From Psilocybe cubensis (Eukaryota), in assembly GCA_017499595.2 (NCBI GenBank), contig CM038998.1, forward strand, positions 434,001-498,000: a stretch of DNA of 64,000 nt. The letters are read 5' to 3'. Every line of letters begins with the position of its first letter. Position 1 is the stretch's first letter. This document shows, piece after piece, positions 12,501-25,124 of the stretch. The position numbers were made by a program, and so were the translations under genes. A model generated the notes under the pieces. It was given only the letters and a program-made list of their open reading frames with translations. It ran no database searches and was not told the origin of the DNA.

Positions 12501-13864
12501 CCAAACCCGCCATACCCTGAACCACTACCCTCTCCTTCAGTCTCCGTCTCCGTTTGACTCTCGTTCCCACTTTCTCTACCGGTAAGTGATAGAGACGCAG
12601 GTCTGGCGGAGCGGTTGAAAATTTTTACGGTTGCGATGTCGGTGTCTTGGGATGGGAAATGTACATTTTTCGGCGTGTGTGAAAGAGTGGAAGACGTCGA
12701 CAATGATGGTGATAGAGATGGAAGAGATGGGGATAGAGGAGGCGATGTCGATGGAGAGGATGATGTCGATGCCGATGAAGAGAAAGAGGAAATGGAAGAT
12801 GTCAGAGAAGGAGGTGCGTCTGGCGAAAGCAATCCTTCCGAAGCGATGGAGTGCGAAACCGACGACTCGGTCGGCCGATTTTGTGGTGAGGTTGCATAGG
12901 ATGGTGTCGAGGAAGCAAGATGAGGTGTGGTTGGTGCGCTCGCTGCCCTTTGATGTGACGCCGGCGATGAAATCTCCTCAACTCGTTTGTGCAAATCAGG
13001 CCAGAGCACGCTTGGAAGAATACTCTGACTAGGAAAAGGAATGTTCATGGCTGGACTCGAACTCGAACTCTTGAGACTACTCCTAAGAGGCTTGCCGTTG
13101 GAAAGGAGGATAGGGGAAGAGTAGGTACGCGAGACCGGGATAGGACGGACGATGGCGTGATGTGGATGCTGGTGCGTCTGCAATACATGGCTGTTCGGGG
13201 CAGGAGAAGGTTGCTCCGAGGTGCTACGCGTATGGGCGTGCTGCTGTGGTTGGGATGGCTGGGAATAAACGCCATGAGGAGGATTGGCGATCCCGTCTTT
13301 CGAGCCAACCGGCGAATGAAGAGGCGACGTTCGAGGCGACGAGCGCGGAGAGGATCGTGGAAAGGGGACAGCGAGTTGGTCGAATGAAGAGGTAGGTTTA
13401 GCTTTGAGGCGGAGAGGGGGTAGACTGCGAAGAACGTCATCGTCTTCATCGCCTTGGCGCGAATGTTTTGCCTTTGTCGCGGCAGACGTGGAGCGGCGCC
13501 TTCGATCGTCCTCGCCTGAGGAGGAATCATCGTCGTCCCTTCCTAGCTGGAAGGTTGTTTTGCGAGGCACAGGTGGTCTCTGAATGATGTCTCCGTCCGC
13601 GTTGTTCCCAATCGCGCTTCCGCTGGTGTTCGAGGGTGTCGCGCCCGATGCTAACATTCCCGAACCTGCATGGGCGCCGGCGCTCGTACTTCTTCTTCTA
13701 GGTAAGCTTCCCATTGAAGACGACGCTGAAGTGAATGAGGCGGATGGTGGTGAAGAAGTGGTGGGCGGAGAGGGAAGGGTTATATGAGAATAAGATCTGC
13801 GGTGACCAGGGCGGCCGTATGAAGGCTGCACAGGGGATTGCTGGGTTGGTGTTGCGTATGGCAT
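9564..13864 (-). CDS. CBM21-domain protein, putative glycogen-targeting PP1 regulatory subunit (Gac1/Gip2-like); exons 13864-12172, 11985-11302, 11200-9564
   Basis: LRSSLK and KNVHF (RVxF-type) motifs; CBM21 signature LTGTILVRNLAYRKTVAIRFTMDEW...WDRFRFSI...EWWDNNASRNYRI; two GT-AG introns join the three long ORFs in frame. Confidence 0.88.
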
Positions 13865-16800
13865 CGTTTTTAGGCGGAAAAAGGTATAGGGTTGATGCGA
13901 TTTTAGGGGGTCGTCAAATCGTAAGTGAGGGAGGTATTATCGTTGAGTCGTGACGTCGTGCGTAGAAGGTATGCGTCGTGGGTTGGGTTGAATCCGCTGT
14001 GCTTATCGAGAGAGTTGGTTAGCCAGATAGAAGACTGGAATTATCATCTCACGAAAGTTACCTTGGGGGTCCTTTTTCCTGGATATAATGGAGCGGAGCG
14101 AGTCTGGAGTTCGCGAATTCGACGCGAGTGCAAGATTCAACTCCTATTGAATCGCTTCTCAAGTCAGCGATAAACCGGGGTAAAGGAAAGCATTTTCGGA
14201 CTGACCTGTGAATAATCAATTCGAATCAACGAACTGGATATCAGAACCCGCAGCGGTCTGATTCCAACAGTAAAGACGTTGGAGAAAGAAGGACGGCGGG
14301 AGGAGGGAAATGAGACAATCTATGACGTCAGTTAATACGCTGGATTGTGGTTCCCAACGTTACTGCTCGTCAACCGTGTGCGTATGAAACCACTACGCTA
14401 GACGCGATTTCACTGCAAGCAGCGAGCGTGGAGGAGGGAGGAGGGAAGGTGTGAGGAGGAGGGAGAGGATGAATGGAGAAAGGAGAACGGAGAAGAAGGA
14501 GGGGTTGTTTTTGAAAAAAAAGACCATGCAACAGCCACCGTACGAATCGAGAATGAAGGGGACAAAAAAAAAGATGCCGCATGCGACGCGCCGGTTATCT
14601 AAGTATGCAATCATGTAAGTCAGTTACGCATCAGGGGCCCGAATGGCTTACGATATGGGAATCGGCTTAGTATTGGCTTATGTGACAGCAGCAAAAAGGA
14701 AAAAACAAACATAGCATAGGGATAGGTAACACGGTTTGGGCTACGGGATCTTCCAGCGCTGTTCCTTGGAAGAAGTCGCTGAATCTGACGGCAATCGATC
14801 TTGCTTGGGTTTTTTTGCATCTATCTATCTATCTTGCTTCCCAGCTCAAAACGTTCTCAATTAATTTGGCAACGAGGGTATGCGTTCGCGAATCAGGATG
14901 CACCCGTCCATCAATAGGAATCAGTGGCCCACGACGTCCACATTGACCCCTCGGTCGCATCCCAAGGGCGCATTCAACGCGCATCTCTCCCATGCGAAGC
15001 CCGACCCAGTGAGAAATGTAAGCAATTCAAACCCGTCAACGACAATCCCTCCATCGCAAAACAAGGGTCCTTTTTTTCTCTTTTTTCTCTTGGTGGTCCA
15101 GGAAAAAGGTGCAACTACAAATTCCACAACGCAAATCATCAATTATGCATCGTTTGCCATACATGGCGGAGCGCCAATACAAATTAATAAGATCCCATTC
15201 CAGAAATGCTGAAATGTGCAGTGAGTAATACCAATTCCGAGTCAATCGATCAAACTGATTGCCAACACGCCATCCGAGACGTGTACCGACGTTTCGAGAA
15301 TCCTCTACTGACGTTGCACCCTAACGAGGGATTCAGGTTCCCTTGGGGCCTTTATCAAACTTACTTATCGTCCTGCCCGACCTTCCTATCTCTCTCGTTT
15401 AAAGATAGTAAATAAGTCCAGCTCCAACTCTCGTTATCTTGTACGTGCGCAAGTATAGTCTCACTCTAGAACGGGGCATCGGTTGTATTCCCGACGTCTC
15501 TCGGAGTAGGCTTTGTATAGCATTCCTCCTGCAACTTCGCGTTCACAGCAACAAGAATCTAGGTGAGGCTTCTGATCGTTCCAGAGGCTATCATCCTATA
15601 TTCAGTCAGTTGTTATATAATCTTTGATAGAACAATGGTCAAGGGCTACCTGAGTGGTACACGGAAAGCTAAGAGTTATTCTTGTCAGTATCCTTATGTT
15701 TTTACTCCTTCCATACGATGGACATAGCATAAACATAACATAATGCCAATCGCGTTATCCTAGGCAATACTTCGATCGTTAAAATCCACTTTACTTTCCG
15801 AACCTTCGAAAGGTTGAGAAAGTCGCTGCGCATACTACAAACGTTCAGTCAATTTCAAATTCAAACGATGTTCAAAGGGTCGTATTAGTCCGAGCCTGTA
15901 TGCTAAGTTCATCGTAGCATCCCAGACTGATAAATCAGCAGGACAGGACAATTATAAGCCGCACAAGCTTCAATGATCTTCCAGGTCATTCGCCAACGTC
16001 GAAGTTGGATCCCGACACCACCCGAAATTCATTTTCTATTACAAACCCATTCACCAACACAGTTCTCATCGCCACTTGTCTCCACCGCATCTGCATTCCC
16101 TCACGCCTAATACTCCTCCGATGGATAGCAGGCTATGCCTGGTGCCGGTACAACTATCATACACCCACAAGCACAAGTACTCGCTGGCATTCCCACCGCG
16201 CGCACCCTTTCGTGCTTCTGACGAATGCAGCCGCAACTGGACATGGGTGGCGTAGCATTTGAGCAATGAATGGTCTGAATGCTCACACCATGCTCACGCA
16301 ATTCACAAGAATGTTTAGTAGCGTATCATTTTTGCTCCTCACCCGCATCTTCGCATTGTCGTGTCCTATTTTCGAAGCCTGTGTGAGACGTTACAGTAGG
16401 TCCCGGCAAACTTCCATCTCAGCCCTGACAGCACTCCCTAAAAATTTTTTATTCAATAGCATTTGCTGGAGCTAGTAAAGAACGTTGGTCCTGCGATCAG
16501 AGCACTGCATGTCCACGTCAATTATCTCTCACACGCACACGCAGAATTTTAGAATGCATCAAAAATTCGACGGATACGTACGTTACAACTGGCAGGGCCA
16601 TCAGTGAGTTGTTCTATAATATCTAAACTTGGTGACTTATCGGTCTGTAAAAGTAGTACTGATATCGCAGGAAGCTTGAGTGTATTTACAATTACATTGC
16701 GTTGTAAATATAGACTGGCTGTTTATCCGTGCCCTGATATCACGGTTCGTCTAGAATCAGAAGTGAGGGTAACCTTGATTTATTCTCCGAATTGGGGCAG

Positions 16801-19065
16801 CCTGAGCTCGCGACGCTGTAAAGTCAATACTGATCATTTTGACTTCAATTAAGAGCTCCACTGAGGAGTACGTGGATTCTAAATTCTCTTCATTTTGGCA
16901 CACCGTCACCGCCTCCACCTGTAAATTTCCTTTTCATGTGGTGCGTAGATCCAAATGCAAAGAAGGCCTGCCTCCTGATGCTCCAAGGTAAAGCACGTCT
17001 ACGAAAGTTCTTGGAAAATCTAGTGAAGCCCCTGTATTTAAAATTTTGCCCTGATCCTTGCAAATTTGTGGAGCAATGAATGTAGCATTTGTGGTATTTT
17101 ATTGTGGCTCAAGCTGGCTCAAGACGTCTAGAGCCTTGCGCTCCTGTCGGATAATGAAAAAATGACATCTACCAGAGCTTGCTCTAGATCATATTCGATT
17201 CTAGACCGAGTAAAACATATTCATTGAAGTGCATTCTGCATATACCATAGTATAGAACATCTTGAGCCGCACAAACCTCTCACCGTCCCATTCGCTGCTC
17301 ATTTTACAACCCAGAAGACGCAATATCATTATGCCTGCAACGCCTCAGACCGGCGCCCGAGTACGCCCAGCAAACGAATACAGTCGCCTATACCAAACTG
17401 AAAATCGGACAAGGCCAATAACCCCGCACCGTCAATTGTGTATGCGCCTCTGGCACCGGGCAATGGACATTCAGTAGATCACAAACGCTGCTTTTAAGCT
17501 TTTTCAAGTTAAGCGGCTTGAAATAGACTTTTTACCGTATTGCCGGTAGCGGGGACAGTGACATAGGTACGCCTGGCTTGTACGAATGTCTTGACTATTC
17601 AAAAGAAAATATAACGTGAGTGTCGAGACTCGAGACTGGTCCCCTCAAAGGCCGTTTCTTTACTCTTGAGCCTTTAAAATGGTGTCAACAGTGGGGATAT
17701 GTATGTGAGCACTTAAAATCGGGAAACGACGATCCCCAATTGTGACCCCAATGGCTTAAACGTTATGTGGCTGCCCAGGGTTCTGAGCCCAGCCTGACCA
17801 TCTATTTAAACGCTATAAATTATCTTGAACTTCGTCCAAACTCTGAGGCTGATATGTGATCACAATAGGCATATACTAGTTGACTCAAATCAGATGAATT
17901 GAGGCACACTCCTACAAAGACAAACCATGAAGCTCTGAGGTATAAAATCGGTAGCTATGAGTGTATCATTCAAGTACAACCAGATCCCATGGGAAGCCGG
18001 CGGTTTTATGTTTTGAACGCCCCGTTTCTCCGCCTGCTCATGAACATATACATCTCGACGACGCTAAAATAGACCACGGATTGCCTTCCCAACGATATAT
18101 ATTCACACTCGGAGTTTCACGTCAATTCTTGCTTCGGGCATGGGTACTATTGACGATTGGACTGAATTGAACAGGAAATCTCCGTGAAATCTCGCCTAGA
18201 TAACGTGTCCATGTTCTTGTTTTGCATCCAATGGAAATGTTATAGAAGTGTACCCTTGAATTCCTTCTATCATGGCTTTGATCATGATCAGGTATGAAAG
18301 TGTCGAAACTGGTGGTGCTCGTGGTTATTTGCATCTAAATTCCGGTGATCATAACTCATTACCCAAGGCCTAAAGACGGTCTATCTAGTTTGGGAGCTGC
18401 CCAAAATGTCAGTAGGTTAGCCTTGTGGAACCCCGCCGAAGTGGTGGGTAATTCCATGATCATGACGCTGTTTCAAACGAGAACATACTTCACACAGATA
18501 ACAGGCTTTTCGTATCATGTCCCACCCTGTTCATATAAGCTCAACAGTGACCATTAGCGTTATCTTCAAGGAATCAAGCTGTATCAGGCCATTGGAGCAA
18601 ACCACTGCCGGATCGAAACGCCGGTGTCTGGTGGCCATTAAACGATCAAAGTCTTCGGGAAAAGCCTTCAGTATCAATGTCAATGGTAGTACTTAAAGGG
18701 CAAATAACTGAACAGATTCCTTATTAAGGGCATCAAGAGATAGATTACCGGCTGTGGGGAGTAAACCAGGGTCGTGTTATTGATGAAAATCAACGCTGGC
18801 GCCTTGCGGCATGAAAAGCGGGAAGAAAGTCTTTCGCACCAGTTGAGAAAAATGGTGAACACCTGCGGCAGGAGGGAAAAAATATCACTTTGTTGCGCAG
18901 ATTTAATATGAAGAAATTGTGTCCCGAATACTACAGCATCTCTGTCGTCGTCGAGCGTATATTACGATTATTTCCCTGTTGTTACACCTATTACACAGTA
19001 CCGACTCCCATCATGATTTCTCTGAGGCATTTAACGATTTGGATTTAGTCGCTTATACCGAGGTA

Positions 19066-22000
19066 TTAAGTGAACTTGAAGTTCCAGTGGTCTCCGCCGA
19101 TGGAGTAAATGACTTCAGGCCCAGGCCCCGGAAGTCTGATGGATTTTGAGTTTTTGGCCTTGTCCGACCTCGCGTAAGGCCATTGGTTGGGCCCAATTTC
19201 CTTGTAACGACGGCCGAGGTATCCTTTGTTGCTCTTCTTACCTTCCCCTTTGTTTTCAACTCCCGGGTGGTAGATACCAACGGTGAATGGCCAGTTCACT
19301 GCGTTGTCAGGAAGAATCGAAGGACTCTTGGCATAGTCGTTGGTGTTAACGTTCGTCCTATGTCACTCTAACATGAGATTCATTTGACGGGACAAAGCAT
19401 GAAACATACACAGGAGGTGAAGTATTAAACAAAATGAAGGAGAAATTCATGCTAGCGTCAGGAACTGTGCCTTGCGAAAACCATTCAAGGACAATCGACA
19501 ATGTGTAACCGCTTGATGGAAGACCCGTGAAGTGGCATCCTTGAGTCTACAACATTTACTTTGTTATTATCTGTGCAATGTCATATTGAAGTAAAAAGCG
19601 AACCTCATTAGTGGAAGTAATTGCGGTCTGAGAGAAACCAATAGTGACCCCAGGAATGGAAGGACCGTTTCCCGTTAATGCCCCTGCACGAGTCAGTCTT
19701 TTGGAGATTTTCCTGTAAAGATTGATATCAAGATGAAGACATACAAGCAGAACCAACAGGAGCATTCTCAGCATCTACTTCCAGGGTCCAGACCGTAGCT
19801 GAAGGGAATACCACGGGAGGGATATCGAGTACAGCGGTGCAAATTAAATGAGCACCACCTGCCCGATATGTGATGTTCCTCCAGGAAAAATCTGGACTGT
19901 AAGCAATCCACTTCGCATACCCAGCGACTAAATGATGGACAATAAATTTCTTGAGATCTAATGAACGACTACGACGCACCCGAAGCAAATGTTCCTGTCT
20001 CTTCATGCGGCCAGTCTGGGTCCGGATTGGCGGCAGTAGGATTGCGCGACTCGGCAATAAGGCAGTAGTGGTCACTTCCCGACGGGGGAGGCAGTGGGTT
20101 CAGAAGGTCGAAAGCCGTCAAGATCACATTGAAGCTATTAGCAGAAGTCGATGTGATGGTGCGAGTAGCAACGAACGGATCTCCATCATCGTCGACGTCA
20201 GTGACGGGGAATTGCGCATAACTGGACGGGTAGAGAAGAAGGGCGTTCGGGACACAGAACAACCTGAATTCGGTGACATAGTTGCTTCCCAATGTACAGT
20301 TTCCTCGCAAATAGATGTAGTTAGGCGCGCCTTCGCTCACGGCGACAGCGTTCGCATCGCACCAATCTATGTTGGCATTGGATCCCCCAAGGATGGTCTG
20401 CGAGTCCGACCTCGGAACTGTACCAACAGGTTGAATATCTAGATGAATTCAAGAGTTAGAATTTAGATCGTTAAGGAAAGAGACCCGATGCATACCAGGA
20501 GAATGAGACAGAGTGTTCGGTCGGGGGAATAGGTTTATGTTGCCAATGTCATCACGGAACCACCATCCAGTTGCGATACCAGAAATAATGTCAGTGGTTC
20601 CAACGGTGCCTTCCTTAGCCACGACAGCCTGAGCTTCAGCTTTCTTCACTTTGAGATGTTCCTTAAGCTGATTGGCGGATGGACTCGAGAACCTCAAGTT
20701 GGTGGTAGCGTCATCGTGGAACACAACGTTGAGGGACCCAAGCAAAAAGACTTCGCTGATGGGGATGAGACCACGACGAGCAGTTTGAGGCACGACAATG
20801 CTTGCTTGAAGGGAGACCCAAGCGAACGTCTCAATCGTATCTTCTGCCGCGGGGAAGATGTTGAGTGTGATGATGTCGTCAAATCCGCCCGAGAGGCTGA
20901 CATGAACTCCAATATCATCTGTGAGAGCGACCTTGTCCAGATTGATCATCCCACTTGGGGAAGACATAGACACAGATGTTCCCGCTGGCATCGTCGAAGT
21001 CTATCGTGTGTTAATTTTCTTACCAAATACTAGTAAAGAAAGAACATACTGCAAGGGTTATCAAAAAGTTGAGAGGGGATGTACCATCGTCGATAACCCG
21101 AAGGCGTGTGGAGACACTGATGACTGGTGCGTTAGGGTCCGCGACAACGACCTAGATATTAATGGTGAGCAAGGTTTCATATGACAAGTTTCCAAGTAAA
21201 CTTACATTGTAAAACACAGTGGACGTGTCGTTGTTGATAAAGTCAACCATATCCTGCCAGTTGTTGGCATTAGCAGGTGGTGCTTGTAACGCGTCCCTGA
21301 GACGCGTCTTCGAGTTAACCACATCCGGAACTGGAGACTGCGTGGCGATCAGCGTGGTATTGAACCCGCCCATGTTTGGTGGCTTAAATGCGAACGGTGT
21401 GCCCAATGCAACCACTGATAAACACCTCCTTTAGTACAGTCATTGTACGTTAATGATGTTTAGCGTACCTGAGTTGGGAGTGGAAGTATCGATAACGAGG
21501 GGCCCTGGGCCAGTGGGCTTGACCTGGTTCCAAATTTGAGGCCACAAGATGAGCTCGCTGGGGACCGCACGTAGAACAACGGCGGTCTTGGATCCTGCGG
21601 TAACGCTAGAGGTCGTCTGTCCTCTGAAAAAGACATTGTTGGTCTCGCTTGGTTGAAGCGGGAGGCTCATGAACAGGTCGTATTCACTGATCAACACCGC
21701 CGGATCGACTTTGTTGCCAAAGTGTATGGAAAGCCGGAAGAGCGAGGTGCCCAGACACAAACCAAACATCGTCCGGCAGAGATGCCGAGTGATCGCTAGG
21801 CAACTCACAATCCCGCTATGGCTGAACGACTTCCGACACCCTGCACCGAGTGCACTATACAAATATCTATATTCCATCGCATACTGTAGGTGTTACCTGC
21901 CCTGGTAGGTAATCTGGATACACATAATTATTACATGTAATCTAGCACACAATAGCAAACACAATTTTACTGGCATGGCAGGCAATTGCTGCGAAGCCGC

Positions 22001-23143
22001 CGTTTGAAGTTATTTTTCGCACTATTATTTACTAGTTATGGCCTGTAAGAAAGGGTTTTTGCATCAGTTACAAGTTTTTCTTGCCCCCGCTGTGACGTAA
22101 GTAACAATATTGACACCGAGAGTAACAGCGGTTCCGTAGCCTTCATTTATATTGTAGAAATAAGGTGTTCAAAAGAAATAGACAAAGAAAGAGATAACAG
22201 GGTTAATTGAGAAATACATGAAGGTAGAGTATAAGTCAGTTTCAAGAAATAGGAAAATAGAGTAAAGAAAATGAGCTAAAGGACTGGGTGTGTCGGGTGG
22301 ATGGAACAAAGGTGAAGTCCACAGAAAAGTAAATTAAAGATAAGATAAAAGGAAGATAATCGGCGGTGTGGGAAACAGTCAGTTTTCTACAGGCTCACAT
22401 CAAGGCTCACATCTTCAGCTCAAGGTCTCAACGACGTCGAGCTTAGACCACTCACCGTGCTCTATCACCTGCCCTAGATCTCCTCTTTCTCCTCTCCTCC
22501 GTCATGTCCATTTCGTCCGTTGCCCATGAACAACCGTCCCGCCGTGCTGAGCGCATACCAAAGTTTGGTTTGGGTCTGATGGGTGAGTATAAGCACTCTG
22601 GATCTTTTTACAAGCAGTTTACCTGTCCTAGTTCACTTCCTCTCATGTCATCAACTTGAATGTGCTAGCCAAGGCCCAAACACCGCGGTCATTTTAGTCA
22701 TGCAAAATATTGAATTTATTGCCTTTCTTACAGGCCATAACTAAATAATAGATGGCGAAAAATAACGTACCTAAAGTATGTGACGGAATATAGATATTTG
22801 TATAGTGCACTCGGTGCAGGGTGTCGGAAGTCGTTCAGCCATAGCGGGATTGTGAGTTGCCTAACGATCACTCGGCATCTCTGCCGGACGATGTTTGGTT
22901 TGTGGCTGGGCACCTCGCTCTTCCGGCTTTCCATAAAAGTGGGGGATGATATCCGGCGTCTACTGCGGTGTGAGTATTCATTTTTATCCGTTGAGGCATT
23001 AAACATTTACGAAGGCTGTCGCCTTGGTGGACACGACATCGTCAGTCAAGACTGCACCAATGTCAGATTTTCACGTCTGTGAGACGTCGCAATGCGATAC
23101 ACTCACAGTTGCGAGAAATGAGGTTGTTGGTCGATTTAGACAT
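19066..23143 (-). pseudogene. Paralog C, full length but interrupted in exon 3 by TE2
   Basis: ATG at 23143 (MSKSTNNLISRN), exons collinear with paralog D, stop at 19066 (DHWNFKFT*); 1211-bp insertion at ...PDIIPHF|HFGNKVD. Confidence 0.85.
21725..22935. mobile_element. TE2: non-autonomous TIR element, about 166-bp TIRs, TATGG...CCATA termini, 6-bp TSD AAAGTG (IS3EU-like)
   Basis: TIRs 21725-21890 and 22770-22935; AAAGTG at 21719-21724 and 22936-22941; empty site ttgccaaagtgggggatg visible in paralog D near 27760. Confidence 0.95.
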
Positions 23144-24675
23144 CTTTGAGATTTTTTTGCTTCTTAGCAATGGATCGCTGGGGTTCTCTGATGTTGAACT
23201 GGGGAATAACTGTCAGTTGAGTTTTCTTTTATACCCCAAGCCTCCTGTGAATACGAAAGAAAAGTCAGACTCAAATCAACCCCTTCCTTGACTTGCCACA
23301 ACTGTAACGGAAGATGTCAAGCAAATGCCCTCGACTTATTCGGATTCCTTTGTCGTTGAGGCCTGGAAATGGTAGGGATGATGGACAGAAAGCTTCAAAG
23401 ACAGCTCATCCAGACAGTATGTCCACCTTCTAAGCGGTCCAAATAAACAATACGAAGGCTATCGTGCACTCGATTGATTTTTTGTACATCGCATCTCCAC
23501 AACGCCGGCCCCAAACAAAGGGAATAAACTTGGTTTATACAACCTTGAAAGGATTGATGAATAATTCCGCTTATAGAGCGTCCAGGGAATGTGCAATTTG
23601 CCAGTTGACTACTTGTGTCCCATTTGGGAAGGATTGGATTGAATAAACATGAAATGCCTCAACAATTCGCAGAAAGCCTGTATCTGGATCATTATATGCT
23701 GAAATAGAATCGAACAACAAAACTCACCGAGCACAACCCGCGTTTTGAGCTTAGTAAAACCGTCATCGTATAATGGATAAAAAGTAAAAAAAGGAAGTGA
23801 AGGCAATTGAACAACTTGCACAAGAGCTTGGGCTTTATCTTTAAATTTGTAGCCAAAATAGACTTGACGTTTAAATGAAAGCCCGAATTTTTTGGACTTG
23901 TTGGCCGCTGCAAGTACGAGGGTGTTTACCTCAAGGTGATCAAAGCATCAACCATTTGCAAAGTCAGCTGCTTTACAGACGTCTCTGGTGGCTTCTTGAA
24001 AGGGGTAGTTTTTGCGGGGCTTATTAGAAAGCACAAATTAAGGTAACACCGTCATGTTGCCTAAAGTTGGAATGTAGGGGACATCTAATTGAAGATACAT
24101 TAGACTCCCATTGAAGAACGACAGACATCAATGTGTTTTCTGTTAGTATACATAAGCAGAGCGCACCTTTTGTGTGCGCCGACGAAAGCCTCCGAATTTT
24201 TCATGCAAATCGAAAGGAAGTGGGTCATAGGTTTCCCCCACCGTGGTTAGGTACACATCGTGTGTTGAAGCCGCTGGGATGATTGAGACTCGAGAGTGAT
24301 GACTAGGCAGCTTGTCGAAAAATGTTGTATGGCTTCTGCAGTAAAGAAACGCATTTTCCGAATGACCAGTGATTATTTTACAATACCAAACTGGATGTCA
24401 TGATCATTAGAAGTGGGGAGTTGAAGAACATGGACTAGCCGGGAGGAACAGCAGGACGACGCAGGAGTCAGACAACTCCTCACCGGCCTCACCGCAGTTG
24501 CCCGACATTGACGGTGGACAGACCAATGATGGCGCCACGCGAGGCCGCCCTGTAACAGCACGTGATGCCTTCGAGACCCCTAAACAGGGATTTGAGGCTT
24601 GAAGTGTACTGTGACGGTTGCCGATATAATTCGTTGTGATACACTCAAAAAGTCGGTAGGTTTCTATAAACTCGC

Positions 24676-24757
24676 AATAGTGATTCTATGTCAGAATATC
24701 GCGTCAAAATATGTGTGAAATAGTGATTCTACGTCGAAATATGGCGCCGAAGTATGT
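24676..24757 (+). repeat. Imperfect 43-bp tandem repeat, 2 copies
   Basis: aatagtgattcta(t/c)gtc..aatat.gcg.c.aa.tatgt at 24676 and 24719. Confidence 0.65.
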
Positions 24758-25124
24758 ACTGTGACCTTTAGCCTTCTGCAGTCGATGTTTTTGGATTTGT
24801 GGTTTATCACGAACGGCCCATATTGTGTTCAGATGCGTCCCGATTCATTTGGATTTTTGTCTGGAAATGGTTCACGGTGTAGAGTGCCCTAGGGTTTTCC
24901 GGTCATCTAAATTTGACCTTTGATTATTCAAATGACAGGCACTGGAGTCAGAATCATGATTTACATATACACTTGTGATCACATTGTCCAATACTACTAC
25001 ATCTCTGTCGTAGTTAAACATAGATTTTTTTGTTGCTTTTATATTTGTGAAATAGTACCGTATCCCAGTCTCAAGATTTCTTTACAGTGTCTACCAATTT
25101 CGATTTCCAGCTTGTGCCGAGCAA

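Noticed and set aside
13865-19065. Short ORFs in the 5-kb region upstream of the CBM21 gene
   Set aside because: No recognisable motifs, consistent splice pattern or homology to other window sequences; treated as intergenic.
21669-23082. Mirror-image ORFs on both strands (and similarly at 3976-5296)
   Set aside because: They are translations of the TIRs; no transposase motifs are visible.
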